A DNA stretch of 64,000 nucleotides from an uncultured virus (IMG/VR IMGVR_UViG_3300007346_000024) (Duplodnaviria; Heunggongvirae; Uroviricota; Caudoviricetes), in IMG/VR virus record IMGVR_UViG_3300007346_000024. One strand, written 5' to 3'. The notes beneath the pieces are model-generated. The model was not told the DNA's origin, made no database searches, and saw only the letters and a list, made by a program, of their open reading frames with translations. The translations under genes and the position numbers were made by a program. Below are positions 26,792 to 35,642 of the stretch, one piece after another (the stretch's first letter is position 1; each line of letters opens with the position of its first letter).

Positions 26792-27034
26792 GTGAGAAAC
26801 AGAGCCGTGTCACTACGTAAACTAAAACTAGAACTAGAAGGAAAGCAAGTAACTAGAAAAGCATTAGAGAAATTACAATATCATAAAGATGGTAAGGTTA
26901 ATTTTGAGAAAGTAATAGAACTAAGAGATTTAGTTACTGACATCATGCTTTTACAAAAGAAAATTGACTTACTAGAAGATACAGGTCTGTATTTAGGGTG
27001 CAACTCTCAATTAGGTTATTCCTCATCTGTTTAA
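26792..27034 (+). CDS. Hypothetical protein
   Basis: 80-aa ORF with GTG start, helical. Confidence 0.4.
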   Translation: MRNRAVSLRKLKLELEGKQVTRKALEKLQYHKDGKVNFEKVIELRDLVTDIMLLQKKIDLLEDTGLYLGCNSQLGYSSSV

Positions 27035-29316
27035 TTGCCTCTTGAAATATAATTTCTTACAATTGACTTTATATTTCTTTTAGACCTTTTAGATTGGATA
27101 AACTCCTCTTCTGATTTTCTGATAGAATCTATAACTTCTACCTGAGACTCTTTTAGTTTTTCTAAATCAGACTCAATAGAATCTTTGTCTATAAAAACTG
27201 AATCAAGTTTGATTTTAAAGTCTTTAATATCTTGCTCTAAACCTCTTCTTTTAGCTATTGCTATAAGCTTTTCTTTTATGTAATCTTTTTGCTCTTCAGT
27301 AATATCTTCTACCAACTGTTTTAAAGATACATTCAAAGGAATATCGTGAGTTATATAAGCATCTATAGTTTCGATTATCGCGTTTAAATTACCCTTTGAG
27401 TATTCTATAGTAATAACAGCCCCTTGATTAGCTTTTACCTTATAAAGAAGTTTGCTTATTGTTTTAGGTAAGAAGTTAATCGGGTAGTCCTGAATTTTAA
27501 ACTGTCTCTGCATTGGAGATATAACAGGATTGTCTATCAATTTACTTGTATGACCACTAGCTCCTCTATTCACTTTAGTTATAGGCATGTTTGCCTGCTG
27601 TAAAGACTGAGTTCCTATTGATATTGTTTCAAACAAATAAGGAGTAGCATTATTTCTTAGACCTTGAACTAACTCTTCATAAGTCAAACCTCCTCTTACA
27701 TCAACTACTGATATACCCGTCCCTTTTATTACGGTGTTACATACAAAATCATAAGTTACCGCATCTGTATTATTTTCTACGTCAACAAATTTATTTTTCG
27801 TGTAGTACTCTTCTTCTTTAGCTCCTTTATTTTCAGAAGAAGAAGATTGGGATACTGCTGTGGCTATTTGGCTACCTGTAAGATTTGATGAGAACCTAAC
27901 AAAAGAATTATCCCCACTACCTTGCAAGTATTTTATATAGTAACCATTCCCTGAGCCAAAACTCTCTATCTGAACTGCTTGACCATCAAAATCTGTTACT
28001 AAAACTTCATTACTAGCCGAAGTATCAGACCATAAAATATAATCTCCATACACTTCTGCATACGAAAGAGACCTAATTGACCTACCTGAATAAAGGCTAG
28101 AGCTTATGAGTTGTTTAGTTTGAACGTCATAAACATCAACATAAGAACCTGCTCCAACTATACCCGCAACAAAAATCCTGCCTTTTATATATTGAACAAC
28201 AGGTTTATATGTAGACGCGGGCATTCCGTTTATAGTGTCATACAATATTTCATCAGTAGCTTGAGATATATCTCCATTTTCAAACTTAAATACACCCGCT
28301 TCAGCTCCCGTTGCAATTTGACTAGAATTACCAATCCAAGCATTACCTGATTCATCTTGAGAGAAACTCTCTCTTGTTTGAGAAAAAGATATGTTTGTCG
28401 TTCCCGCTACATTTAAAGGTTGTGTCTGTATAATTAGATTTCGGTCTTTATCGTAAGAGACTACTTCGGATGAAATACTTACACCTGTATTCATACCAAT
28501 AGTAGTCTGAGCTGCGTCCCAATAAAAAACAGCTCCTCTACACTGTGTTCCCGTAGGGTTTAAAATAGTATTAGGGGTTGCAAAAGCGTCTAACTCTATC
28601 CATGCAAATGAACCATTAGGCAAATCAACATCAGCTATCAAAGCGTTCTGATTATAGCTATCATAAGCTACAGATGAAGGGTTAGATAAACCCCATGCTG
28701 CATTAGTATCAATAGTTGAAAATGGAGATGTAGGATTCGAGTATCTGTAAAAAGAAAAATACCCTGAATTACTAAGGGTAAAGTAACCATTTTCAGTTGC
28801 CTGACCTGAGCCAAAGTAATTAGTTGAATTCAGAGCTTCCATTAGCCTTACACCGTTAAGCGAACCTAGAGCAAATGGTACTGTAATAGCTGAAGGTGTT
28901 CCAAAATCTACCCCTACAGGAGCTTGCCAAGCACTAAAGTAAACGAATGTATCAAAAGGTCTTTTTACAATCTTAAAAAAAGCACCCTCTACGCTATACC
29001 CAAAATTCTCTTTTGAAGCAGAGTTAAGATTGAGTATAAAGTCTGATATTGTCGTTGATGTAAATGTAGTTGTTTGAGCAACATCATCTTGGTCGAACCA
29101 ATTTATAGTCCATGACTTAGCTGAACCAAAATCAGTTAAAGGAATTAGAACTTCACAAAACTGAGTAGTGAATAAATCCCCATAGCCAATGCCTTGACTA
29201 GGATTAATACCTGAAGGAAGAGCAAACAAATCTATTACTTGGTCTTCATCAGTTCTATTGATTAAAGCAATCTTAATCTCATCCTTAACTAAACTATATA
29301 TTCCTTTGTCGCTCAT
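27031..29316 (-). CDS. Capsid-protein paralogue with large insertion (putative vertex/spike protein)
   Basis: N-terminal ~30 aa and the segment at 27400-27720 align with the putative MCP; ~500-aa beta-rich insert between. Confidence 0.6.
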   Translation of the reverse strand: MSDKGIYSLVKDEIKIALINRTDEDQVIDLFALPSGINPSQGIGYGDLFTTQFCEVLIPLTDFGSAKSWTINWFDQDDVAQTTTFTSTTISDFILNLNSASKENFGYSVEGAFFKIVKRPFDTFVYFSAWQAPVGVDFGTPSAITVPFALGSLNGVRLMEALNSTNYFGSGQATENGYFTLSNSGYFSFYRYSNPTSPFSTIDTNAAWGLSNPSSVAYDSYNQNALIADVDLPNGSFAWIELDAFATPNTILNPTGTQCRGAVFYWDAAQTTIGMNTGVSISSEVVSYDKDRNLIIQTQPLNVAGTTNISFSQTRESFSQDESGNAWIGNSSQIATGAEAGVFKFENGDISQATDEILYDTINGMPASTYKPVVQYIKGRIFVAGIVGAGSYVDVYDVQTKQLISSSLYSGRSIRSLSYAEVYGDYILWSDTSASNEVLVTDFDGQAVQIESFGSGNGYYIKYLQGSGDNSFVRFSSNLTGSQIATAVSQSSSSENKGAKEEEYYTKNKFVDVENNTDAVTYDFVCNTVIKGTGISVVDVRGGLTYEELVQGLRNNATPYLFETISIGTQSLQQANMPITKVNRGASGHTSKLIDNPVISPMQRQFKIQDYPINFLPKTISKLLYKVKANQGAVITIEYSKGNLNAIIETIDAYITHDIPLNVSLKQLVEDITEEQKDYIKEKLIAIAKRRGLEQDIKDFKIKLDSVFIDKDSIESDLEKLKESQVEVIDSIRKSEEEFIQSKRSKRNIKSIVRNYISRGN

Positions 29317-29347
29317 AAAAAAAAGGCTACCGATAATATCAGTAACC
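29317..29347 (-). terminator. Hairpin plus T8 directly before the ATG of 27031..29316
   Basis: GGTTACTGAT-ATT-ATCGGTAGCC-TTTTTTTT-ATG on the minus strand. Confidence 0.55.
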
Positions 29348-29350
29348 TTA

Positions 29351-29358
29351 CAAATTTA
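29351..29358 (-). promoter_or_regulatory. -7 box TAAATTTG
   Basis: TAnnTTTG match. Confidence 0.45.
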
Positions 29359-29378
29359 TTAAAAAAAGCTCTTTGTTG

Positions 29379-30245
29379 TTAGTTCCCGTAGTACTTTTCA
29401 GTGTACTCCTTAATTAAAGTTTTAGCCAAAGCTTTGTGGTCTTTATGAATAGGTTCTCCTGTAAACAGGTCTTTCTTATTCATCATTGGCTTTACAACTT
29501 TATTATAGTTATCCTCAAGGTACTTATAGATAGCGTGTTGGAATTGTTTCTTAGAGAACTTTCCTTGAATCTTACCTGTGTCTTTGTTTAAGTAAGCGTA
29601 AAACCTTTTGTTACCTTCATGATACTCAAGGTCAACCATTTTCTCAAGAATCTTTAAATGCTCTAAAGTTCCTGCGAATTTGTTTTTATGCCTCTCTACA
29701 GAATCATCACACTTATGATAACGAATCCAATTTGCATTACCCCAAATCTTAGGGTGTGCGGCTTTACCAATTGTTTGGAAATGAGTTATAACATCTACAG
29801 AAGCATGTCTCTGAGTAACGATAGAACCAATTAAATCATTAGGCATTGAATCCGAAACGAATCTGTTAATATCTTCAATTAACAATAATCCATTATGATA
29901 GTGTTCCAATATGTAGCTCAATGCTTCAGAAAGTTCTTTTAAATTCATCTTTCCTCCACCTTCCTTAAGAATGCTAACTCGTCTAGCTTCAACTAAACTA
30001 GAGTCAGCAAACTTTTTAACATCTTCTAACCTTAAACCTTTTACGTTTATAAAATTAGGATTTTGGTCTTCTTGGACGTTACCAAACTCGTTATTAACAT
30101 CTAGTATTAATACCTTTCTAGGTTTAGCTCCTGTAATAGGATTTCCTTTCAAATAAGGTTGTAGCATCTCTAGAGTAGCGTATGTCTTACCTACTCCTTT
30201 TCTACCTACCGCTATTCCTAATAAAGGCTCTCTAAGATTTCCCAT
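29379..30245 (-). CDS. FtsK/HerA-superfamily (A32/P9-like) genome packaging ATPase
   Basis: Walker A GRKGVGKT near N-terminus, Walker B LLLIED, QRH arginine finger, HFQ motif; 288 aa with no nuclease domain. Confidence 0.75.
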   Translation of the reverse strand: MGNLREPLLGIAVGRKGVGKTYATLEMLQPYLKGNPITGAKPRKVLILDVNNEFGNVQEDQNPNFINVKGLRLEDVKKFADSSLVEARRVSILKEGGGKMNLKELSEALSYILEHYHNGLLLIEDINRFVSDSMPNDLIGSIVTQRHASVDVITHFQTIGKAAHPKIWGNANWIRYHKCDDSVERHKNKFAGTLEHLKILEKMVDLEYHEGNKRFYAYLNKDTGKIQGKFSKKQFQHAIYKYLEDNYNKVVKPMMNKKDLFTGEPIHKDHKALAKTLIKEYTEKYYGN

Positions 30246-30253
30246 TTAATTTA

Positions 30254-30261
30254 CAAAGTTA
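30254..30261 (-). promoter_or_regulatory. -7 box TAACTTTG
   Basis: TAnnTTTG upstream of the ATPase ATG. Confidence 0.5.
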
Positions 30262-30267
30262 ACATTA

Positions 30268-31659
30268 TTAATCTACAGTTTCTTCAGCGACTACAGTTTC
30301 AACTACATCAGGCTCATCATGAGGTTGTTGAGAAATTGGATTAGCAGCAGGTTTAGGAGGTGTTGTGATAGCGTCAGGGCTAACGGCTTGTCTTCTCTGT
30401 TCTTTAGCAGCCTTAACCTTAGCAGCATTAGTCTCTCTTGTCATTGTAACAAAAGTCTCCATAATCTGATTAGCTTGCTTCTTTAATTGGAATGCCTGAA
30501 CCCCTTTTAGACCGAAATACTTTAATGACTCAGCTACGATGTATTGACCGTCAGTCATACCCATATCTCGTTTCATCATCTCTCTTTCTAAAGCAGGTCT
30601 AATCTTTTGCTCAAACTCAGGCTCGTAAGCTAAAGCTTCCTCTACCTGCTCATTATACCCTTCAAAGAATCCCGCAGGGCTAACAGTTGTCCCTTGTTCA
30701 TCAATAGGGATTTGCATAGAAGGGTCAATCTCTCCCGAAAGTATTTTTTCCTGAATTTTATCTTCAGGCATTTTAACGAAATTCTGACCTAGAGTATGTA
30801 ACATTTCAAGACCACTGAAAATTGCGTCAGCTAAGTTTTTAACCGCTACCTTTTTGTCTTTAGTGTCCATTTCCTCCATAGCCTCATTTCTGACATTATC
30901 GAAACCTGTAGAACTGCTTTCCTCTTCTTCGTAATACTCTTCGCTACGACTACTAGTTGTTACAGAAGGTTGTTCATCATAAACATTCTCCTCTTCAATT
31001 GGAGAAGTAGAACTTCCATCGTAATCAGGCTCTTCAATCTCTCCTGAAAACCCTCCTTCATTTTTATTATAACTTCTCTCCTTAACAGGGGCAGCTATAG
31101 GGCTGAAGAAATCAGGAATATCATTGTCAGAACCCACTGACTCATTTACCTCTAAATTTTGACCACTCATTTTTTGATTATTTTGATTATCACTTACATT
31201 TTCATTGATGCTCTTGGCAACTCTTTCTGTTTTCTCAGGAATGTCAGAGAATCGTGAGTCTTCGTTGAGTCCTTCATTATCAGTCTTGCGAACTGAGTCA
31301 CGTAGCCCATCTTCTTGTACCTCTTGATTGTCTTCGACATTCTGAACGCTCTCGGAATGCTGTTCTTTTGTGTTTGTTTGTGAATCATCATTTTTAGCAG
31401 CCTCGTTATTTTCAATAGTTTTTCCCTCAAGTATTTCTCCTGTTTCTTTATCAACGTTTTCAGTTTCTTTTGATTCTGAAAAATCGCTATTGAGCATATC
31501 CCAAATATAATTCAATCTAGAAGACTCTTTAACCTCTTCATTACTGAAATCATATTTAGATAATTGCTCTTCATCTAAAGAAGAAAGCAAGTTGTTTATG
31601 TTTTTAACCAAACCTTTCTCAATCTTGTTTGGTCTCCCGTTTTTCTTGAACTTAATCAT
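30268..31659 (-). CDS. Acidic, partly disordered protein upstream of ATPase
   Basis: E/D/N/S-rich N-half, helical C-half. Confidence 0.6.
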   Translation of the reverse strand: MIKFKKNGRPNKIEKGLVKNINNLLSSLDEEQLSKYDFSNEEVKESSRLNYIWDMLNSDFSESKETENVDKETGEILEGKTIENNEAAKNDDSQTNTKEQHSESVQNVEDNQEVQEDGLRDSVRKTDNEGLNEDSRFSDIPEKTERVAKSINENVSDNQNNQKMSGQNLEVNESVGSDNDIPDFFSPIAAPVKERSYNKNEGGFSGEIEEPDYDGSSTSPIEEENVYDEQPSVTTSSRSEEYYEEEESSSTGFDNVRNEAMEEMDTKDKKVAVKNLADAIFSGLEMLHTLGQNFVKMPEDKIQEKILSGEIDPSMQIPIDEQGTTVSPAGFFEGYNEQVEEALAYEPEFEQKIRPALEREMMKRDMGMTDGQYIVAESLKYFGLKGVQAFQLKKQANQIMETFVTMTRETNAAKVKAAKEQRRQAVSPDAITTPPKPAANPISQQPHDEPDVVETVVAEETVD

Positions 31660-31660
31660 A

Positions 31661-32119
31661 CTAACTATGCTTTAACCATAAATTATCTTTACGCTTCTTA
31701 ACCTTCTCTTCAACTTCCCTGTAAATGTCTAAATACATTCTATCAGATTTGATGTCATAATTTAGGTTATCAAACTCACGTAAAGCAGAGCTAACAATTG
31801 AATGGTTACTACCTCCAAACAAACCAACAATAGACTGATGACTCATATCTAAATGCTTCTTAATTAAAACAAAACACATGGAGCGAGCTTGAACTTTCAA
31901 TCCTCTAATGTTTTTCTTGCTTAATTCTTTTGGGTTTACTTGGAATTTAGTAGACACTTCATCTATGATAAACAAAGTAAGTTTCTTGTCCGACTCTTCA
32001 AAAGATTTTTGATTGTCAAGTTTGTCAAGGGCTGCTATTACCTCTTTTACTCCGTGCTTCTTAACGGCTTTAGCAATATTCTTAACTACAAGTACAATTT
32101 CCTTATCTAGATTATCCAT
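31661..32119 (-). CDS. DnaA C-terminal (domain IV) HTH-like DNA-binding protein
   Basis: IIDEV...F.V...EL...AR.M...L...L.MS...I..LFGG.NHS.V..A. Confidence 0.7.
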   Translation of the reverse strand: MDNLDKEIVLVVKNIAKAVKKHGVKEVIAALDKLDNQKSFEESDKKLTLFIIDEVSTKFQVNPKELSKKNIRGLKVQARSMCFVLIKKHLDMSHQSIVGLFGGSNHSIVSSALREFDNLNYDIKSDRMYLDIYREVEEKVKKRKDNLWLKHS

Positions 32120-32153
32120 AAATACAATAACTGTATCACTCTTTCAATGGTGA

Positions 32154-32161
32154 CAAAAATA
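32154..32161 (-). promoter_or_regulatory. -7 box TATTTTTG
   Basis: TAnnTTTG match. Confidence 0.5.
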
Positions 32162-32202
32162 GTCAAGTTTGTTAAGAAAAAATAGAGATAGCCTATTTTT
32201 TT

Positions 32203-32601
32203 TTAATCTATAACGGTAGGGGGTAAGCTCATGTACCAATCAACAACATTCAAAGCTTCATTAAATCCTGTACAAAAACCTGTGTAATAACCCTTTACAT
32301 ATAGATTGGCTAGCATTTTCCATTGCTCTCTTAAATGAGCATCATTTTTTAACATTCCTGTTTTTCTAAAAGGACTGTTCCCTGTAGCCTTCATCTCTAT
32401 TTTTAACCCAAAAAAACCACCTCTAGGCTCGTCAATGTTTAAGTCAGGAATTCCATTACTAGACTTAAGAGCTTTTATTTTGTTTGCTAAACCTTGAGAA
32501 ACCCTTATTCCTGAATGGTCGCTATTGAAAACGACTCCTTTATATTTTAATCGAATATACTCGCAAAGGGCTAATTGCTCTTTCTCTTCGTTTCTCGCCA
32601 T
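32203..32601 (-). CDS. VRR-NUC-like PD-(D/E)xK nuclease
   Basis: E...Q, GIPDL, IEMK, Q......L...GY motifs. Confidence 0.75.
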   Translation of the reverse strand: MARNEEKEQLALCEYIRLKYKGVVFNSDHSGIRVSQGLANKIKALKSSNGIPDLNIDEPRGGFFGLKIEMKATGNSPFRKTGMLKNDAHLREQWKMLANLYVKGYYTGFCTGFNEALNVVDWYMSLPPTVID

Positions 32602-32607
32602 AGTTTT

Positions 32608-33039
32608 CTATAATAAATCATTGTCTTGAATATATGATTTCTTTATCGGCTTACTATTAACTGCACCATTTGCCGTTTTAGAGCCGCTTTTTTTACGCAT
32701 AAAAGCACTTAATCTAGCTATACCCCAAGCGTTCCTGTTATTTGGCTTACCTCCCGATATAATAGGTCTATAACTTGTAGAATAAGCACCCATACCTCTC
32801 CTAACAACGGCTTTTGCGGTTGCAAGTGTTATTTTTTTGTTAGGGTTCCTTTTGTTGTAATTATAAACCTTGCCTTTTATGGTATTGATTGTAGATTCCG
32901 AGAACCTAATAGATTTAGCTGAAGACTTAGAGCTTGCCGTCCCTTTCTTATTAACACTACTTCCTTTTATCCTATCCTTTTTAGGTGCTAGAGTTTGTGC
33001 TTTTGATTTTCTACCTCTACGTTTATTTGCCATTACCAC
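32608..33039 (-). CDS. Basic conserved viral protein
   Basis: KAVVRRGMGAY.TS.RP...WGIARL.AF motif, very Lys/Arg-rich. Confidence 0.6.
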   Translation of the reverse strand: MVMANKRRGRKSKAQTLAPKKDRIKGSSVNKKGTASSKSSAKSIRFSESTINTIKGKVYNYNKRNPNKKITLATAKAVVRRGMGAYSTSYRPIISGGKPNNRNAWGIARLSAFMRKKSGSKTANGAVNSKPIKKSYIQDNDLL

Positions 33040-33320
33040 AAAAGTTTATCCGCATAGTAAGCAGGAGTGCCTACTCTATTTCGGTATATGTGTCTTTTTT
33101 TATAATTCTTTCTTTTATGATTGGCTGTTCCTTTAGGTATTTTTCCTTTCTTTTCCAACTCAAGATACGTAGGGTAATCTTTATAACCTTTAGCACCAAT
33201 ACTAGCTACCTTTAATCCTTTTTTAAAAACGTCTATCTTCTTGCCTTTGTTTTTACTAGGCTTTACGGTAACACCAAGTTTTTTAGCTTGTTTCTTTGTA
33301 TATTCTTTTATTCTATACAT
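33033..33320 (-). CDS. Tlr6F/DUF5754-like small basic viral protein
   Basis: KK..V...V..IGAKGYKDY...R..Y..RH...TP.YY...LLW. Confidence 0.6.
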   Translation of the reverse strand: MYRIKEYTKKQAKKLGVTVKPSKNKGKKIDVFKKGLKVASIGAKGYKDYPTYLELEKKGKIPKGTANHKRKNYKKRHIYRNRVGTPAYYADKLLW

Positions 33321-33321
33321 A

Positions 33322-33966
33322 CTATATGTCGTAGTTTAAGGTAAAAAAAGTTCTATACAATACAAAACTTGTACATACTATTGAATTAGATGCCGAAGCA
33401 CTACCCCATTGCAAATAAATATCTAGGTTATTAGCAACATTAGTGTCAAATGTAGTATTATTCAATGTATTAAAAGTCAATCCCTCGTAAACATTATTTC
33501 CATTTTTGTTATGAACAAATTGACCATTAGATTTTATAGAAGCAGTACCTGCATCTCCAACATCCCTAATAGTGAAGTCCAACTCCAACTCCCAAGCTTT
33601 ATTTGTTGATGCCGATAATTCTAAAGGTTCTGAATCCACCAAAACAACACCATTACTCTCAATATGAAAATCTAATGTTTCATTTTGTGAGCAACTCATA
33701 ACACCTCCAAGTTTAGCGTGAAAACTATCCCCTACATTAAAACCTTTCGGTGGAATATTTAGGCTACCTATACCATTTCCTATTATTGATGTTTTTACGG
33801 TTGTATTGGTTACAATATTACCATCTTCGGTTTGAGAAAATAAACCCGTAGGTTGATTTAATGTACCTCCAAATGGAAACTTCCTAAATCTATTAGAGCC
33901 ATCTATATACCAAAACTCATTATTGATTAGATACACTTCTATTGCATCCGAATTATCTAAATTCAT
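33322..33966 (-). CDS. Spike-like beta protein sharing its N-terminus with 387..2366
   Basis: MNL.N.D.I...F.YIDG..R...F..G module then beta-sandwich. Confidence 0.55.
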   Translation of the reverse strand: MNLDNSDAIEVYLINNEFWYIDGSNRFRKFPFGGTLNQPTGLFSQTEDGNIVTNTTVKTSIIGNGIGSLNIPPKGFNVGDSFHAKLGGVMSCSQNETLDFHIESNGVVLVDSEPLELSASTNKAWELELDFTIRDVGDAGTASIKSNGQFVHNKNGNNVYEGLTFNTLNNTTFDTNVANNLDIYLQWGSASASNSIVCTSFVLYRTFFTLNYDI

Positions 33967-33988
33967 ATAACCTTTTTTTAATTAAAAA

Positions 33989-34366
33989 CTACTTACGCTT
34001 AAGTCTATACACAGCATAAGCCGCTCCTGACAGACCAATTAAAACCCCTGCTGAAATCAAAGCAATCTTAGTCCAATTTCTTTTACCTCCAACGACTATT
34101 TTAACTTCAGGAAGCTCTTCTGATTGAGTTATTTTTAAGTCATGTGACTTACCTGCTCTTATTTTAAGAGTAGCAACACCTCCAAAAAAATCAGATGATA
34201 CATATTGACCTTCCATGCCTGAAGGAACGTCTATCTCAAATTTACCATTTGAATCAGATAAAACATTACTACCTCCTGCTAAAACCTTTCCTTTAGAATC
34301 CGTTAAATAGACAGGTGCGAATGGATGACTCTCTCCGTTAACCTCTACTGTACCCCTTATTTTCAT
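33989..34366 (-). CDS. Carboxypeptidase-regulatory-like (Ig-like) domain with C-terminal TM
   Basis: IRGTV...G...PFA.V...SD.NG.F.I...EL.EV.IV; C-terminal TM. Confidence 0.6.
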   Translation of the reverse strand: MKIRGTVEVNGESHPFAPVYLTDSKGKVLAGGSNVLSDSNGKFEIDVPSGMEGQYVSSDFFGGVATLKIRAGKSHDLKITQSEELPEVKIVVGGKRNWTKIALISAGVLIGLSGAAYAVYRLKRK

Positions 34367-34388
34367 GAATATGTATTTTTAAAAATAT

Positions 34389-34415
34389 AAAAAGCCCTGT
34401 ACATGCAGGGCTTTT
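34389..34415. terminator. Bidirectional intrinsic terminator
   Basis: AAAAAGCCCTG-TACATG-CAGGGCTTTT. Confidence 0.7.
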
Positions 34416-34476
34416 ATTACGGTTAAGCATGTCGTGAAACTCTTCAAAGAATCAACGAGTGCTTACGCACGGAATA

Positions 34477-34914
34477 TTAAATCCAAGTACGCTTATCCGT
34501 TTTAGAAGCTCTTCTTTCAGTATATTTCTTACCTCCTTCAGCTTTTCCAAATTGATTAGCGTTTCTTCTTCTAACTTTTTTAATAACAGTCTTTCCTGTT
34601 TTTGGGTCTTTAGTTTTGTACTCGATAATAGAGTACTTTCTACTAACTCTTTCCCCCGCTTCCTTAGCCTTGATTTTCATATCTGAAGCTCTGTCTGAAG
34701 CACCTACCTGTCTTTTTGAAGCTTTAGCTTTTTTAGCTTTAGCCTTTTTCTTCATCGCTACCTCTTTAGCTTTAGCGATTTCTTTCTTTAATTGCTCAGC
34801 TCCTTTTTCAACTCTTTTTCCACCAACAGTCTTAGTTAATCTAATACCGTGCTTTTTTGCAGTCTCTTTTTGTTTAGCTGTAGCTTTTCTTACCGTTTTC
34901 TTAGCAATTGCCAT
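34477..34914 (-). CDS. Highly basic histone-like/core DNA-condensing protein
   Basis: K/A/R-rich, 145 aa, followed by a terminator. Confidence 0.6.
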   Translation of the reverse strand: MAIAKKTVRKATAKQKETAKKHGIRLTKTVGGKRVEKGAEQLKKEIAKAKEVAMKKKAKAKKAKASKRQVGASDRASDMKIKAKEAGERVSRKYSIIEYKTKDPKTGKTVIKKVRRRNANQFGKAEGGKKYTERRASKTDKRTWI

Positions 34915-34929
34915 ACCTTTTTGTTTAAA

Positions 34930-35085
34930 TTAATTTTTACCTTCTATTTCCTCTATTTTAAGCTTAGTAAGCTTTATTTGATGAAAGTAGTTGATAATAG
35001 TAAGTGCAGCTATAGTAGAACCTACTATAATTAAAGCTGTTTTACCTTCTTTCGACTTTACTAAATCACCTAACAATGCAACCAT
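34930..35085 (-). CDS. 51-aa membrane peptide (not in ORF track)
   Basis: MVALLGDLVKSKEGKTALIIVGSTIAALTIINYFHQ...; follows -7 box at 35090. Confidence 0.55.
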   Translation of the reverse strand: MVALLGDLVKSKEGKTALIIVGSTIAALTIINYFHQIKLTKLKIEEIEGKN

Positions 35086-35089
35086 AATA

Positions 35090-35097
35090 CAAATATA
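35090..35097 (-). promoter_or_regulatory. -7 box TATATTTG
   Basis: TAnnTTTG match. Confidence 0.5.
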
Positions 35098-35103
35098 TTG
35101 AAT

Positions 35104-35640
35104 TTACCAATTAAAAATACCTCCAAGAACACTTGAAAAAATTCCTTCTTTCTTTTTTAAAGGCTCATCTTCATCCTCATCTTCATCCTCATATTCGTCC
35201 TCGTCAAAAGATTCTTCGATGTCTTTTTCAATTTCCTTTATCTCTTCTTTTGAAAAACCTTCCTCGCTAAGCCCCTCTTCTCCTTCTTCATCTAAATCCT
35301 CATCTTCATCTAAATCATCTCCATCCATGTTTGCTACCATAGCCTCTAGTATGACAGAAGATAAGTTTCTAAGGTTCAAGAAAGCATCTTCATTACCCTC
35401 CTGTTCTAACTCAGACCTCTTCTCATTAAACTCACTCATCATGTCCTGAACGTCTTTAGGTAATGTAGATATAGAAATATCTTCATCATCTAAATACTCC
35501 AAGTGAGGAAAATAAGAATCTTGAGTCTCTATAGGTTTTTTAACCTCTTTAGATTCTGTTTTCTTTTCCTTTGACTCGTTTTCTATCTCTTCGATAATAC
35601 TTTCAAACTTACTATCGTAAACCTTTTCTTTTCCTTTCAT
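35104..35640 (-). CDS. Acidic protein ending in GIFNW (tag variant)
   Basis: D/E-rich; C-terminus GIFSSVLGGIFNW. Confidence 0.65.
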   Translation of the reverse strand: MKGKEKVYDSKFESIIEEIENESKEKKTESKEVKKPIETQDSYFPHLEYLDDEDISISTLPKDVQDMMSEFNEKRSELEQEGNEDAFLNLRNLSSVILEAMVANMDGDDLDEDEDLDEEGEEGLSEEGFSKEEIKEIEKDIEESFDEDEYEDEDEDEDEPLKKKEGIFSSVLGGIFNW

Positions 35641-35642
35641 AA

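Noticed and set aside
29379..30245. ATPase as terminase large subunit
   Set aside because: Too short, no RNase H-like nuclease domain, motif order fits FtsK/HerA
32608..33320. Eukaryotic giant-virus origin of the contig
   Set aside because: Peptidoglycan hydrolases, holin/spanin candidates, coupled operons, intrinsic terminators and Bacteroidota promoters indicate a bacterial host
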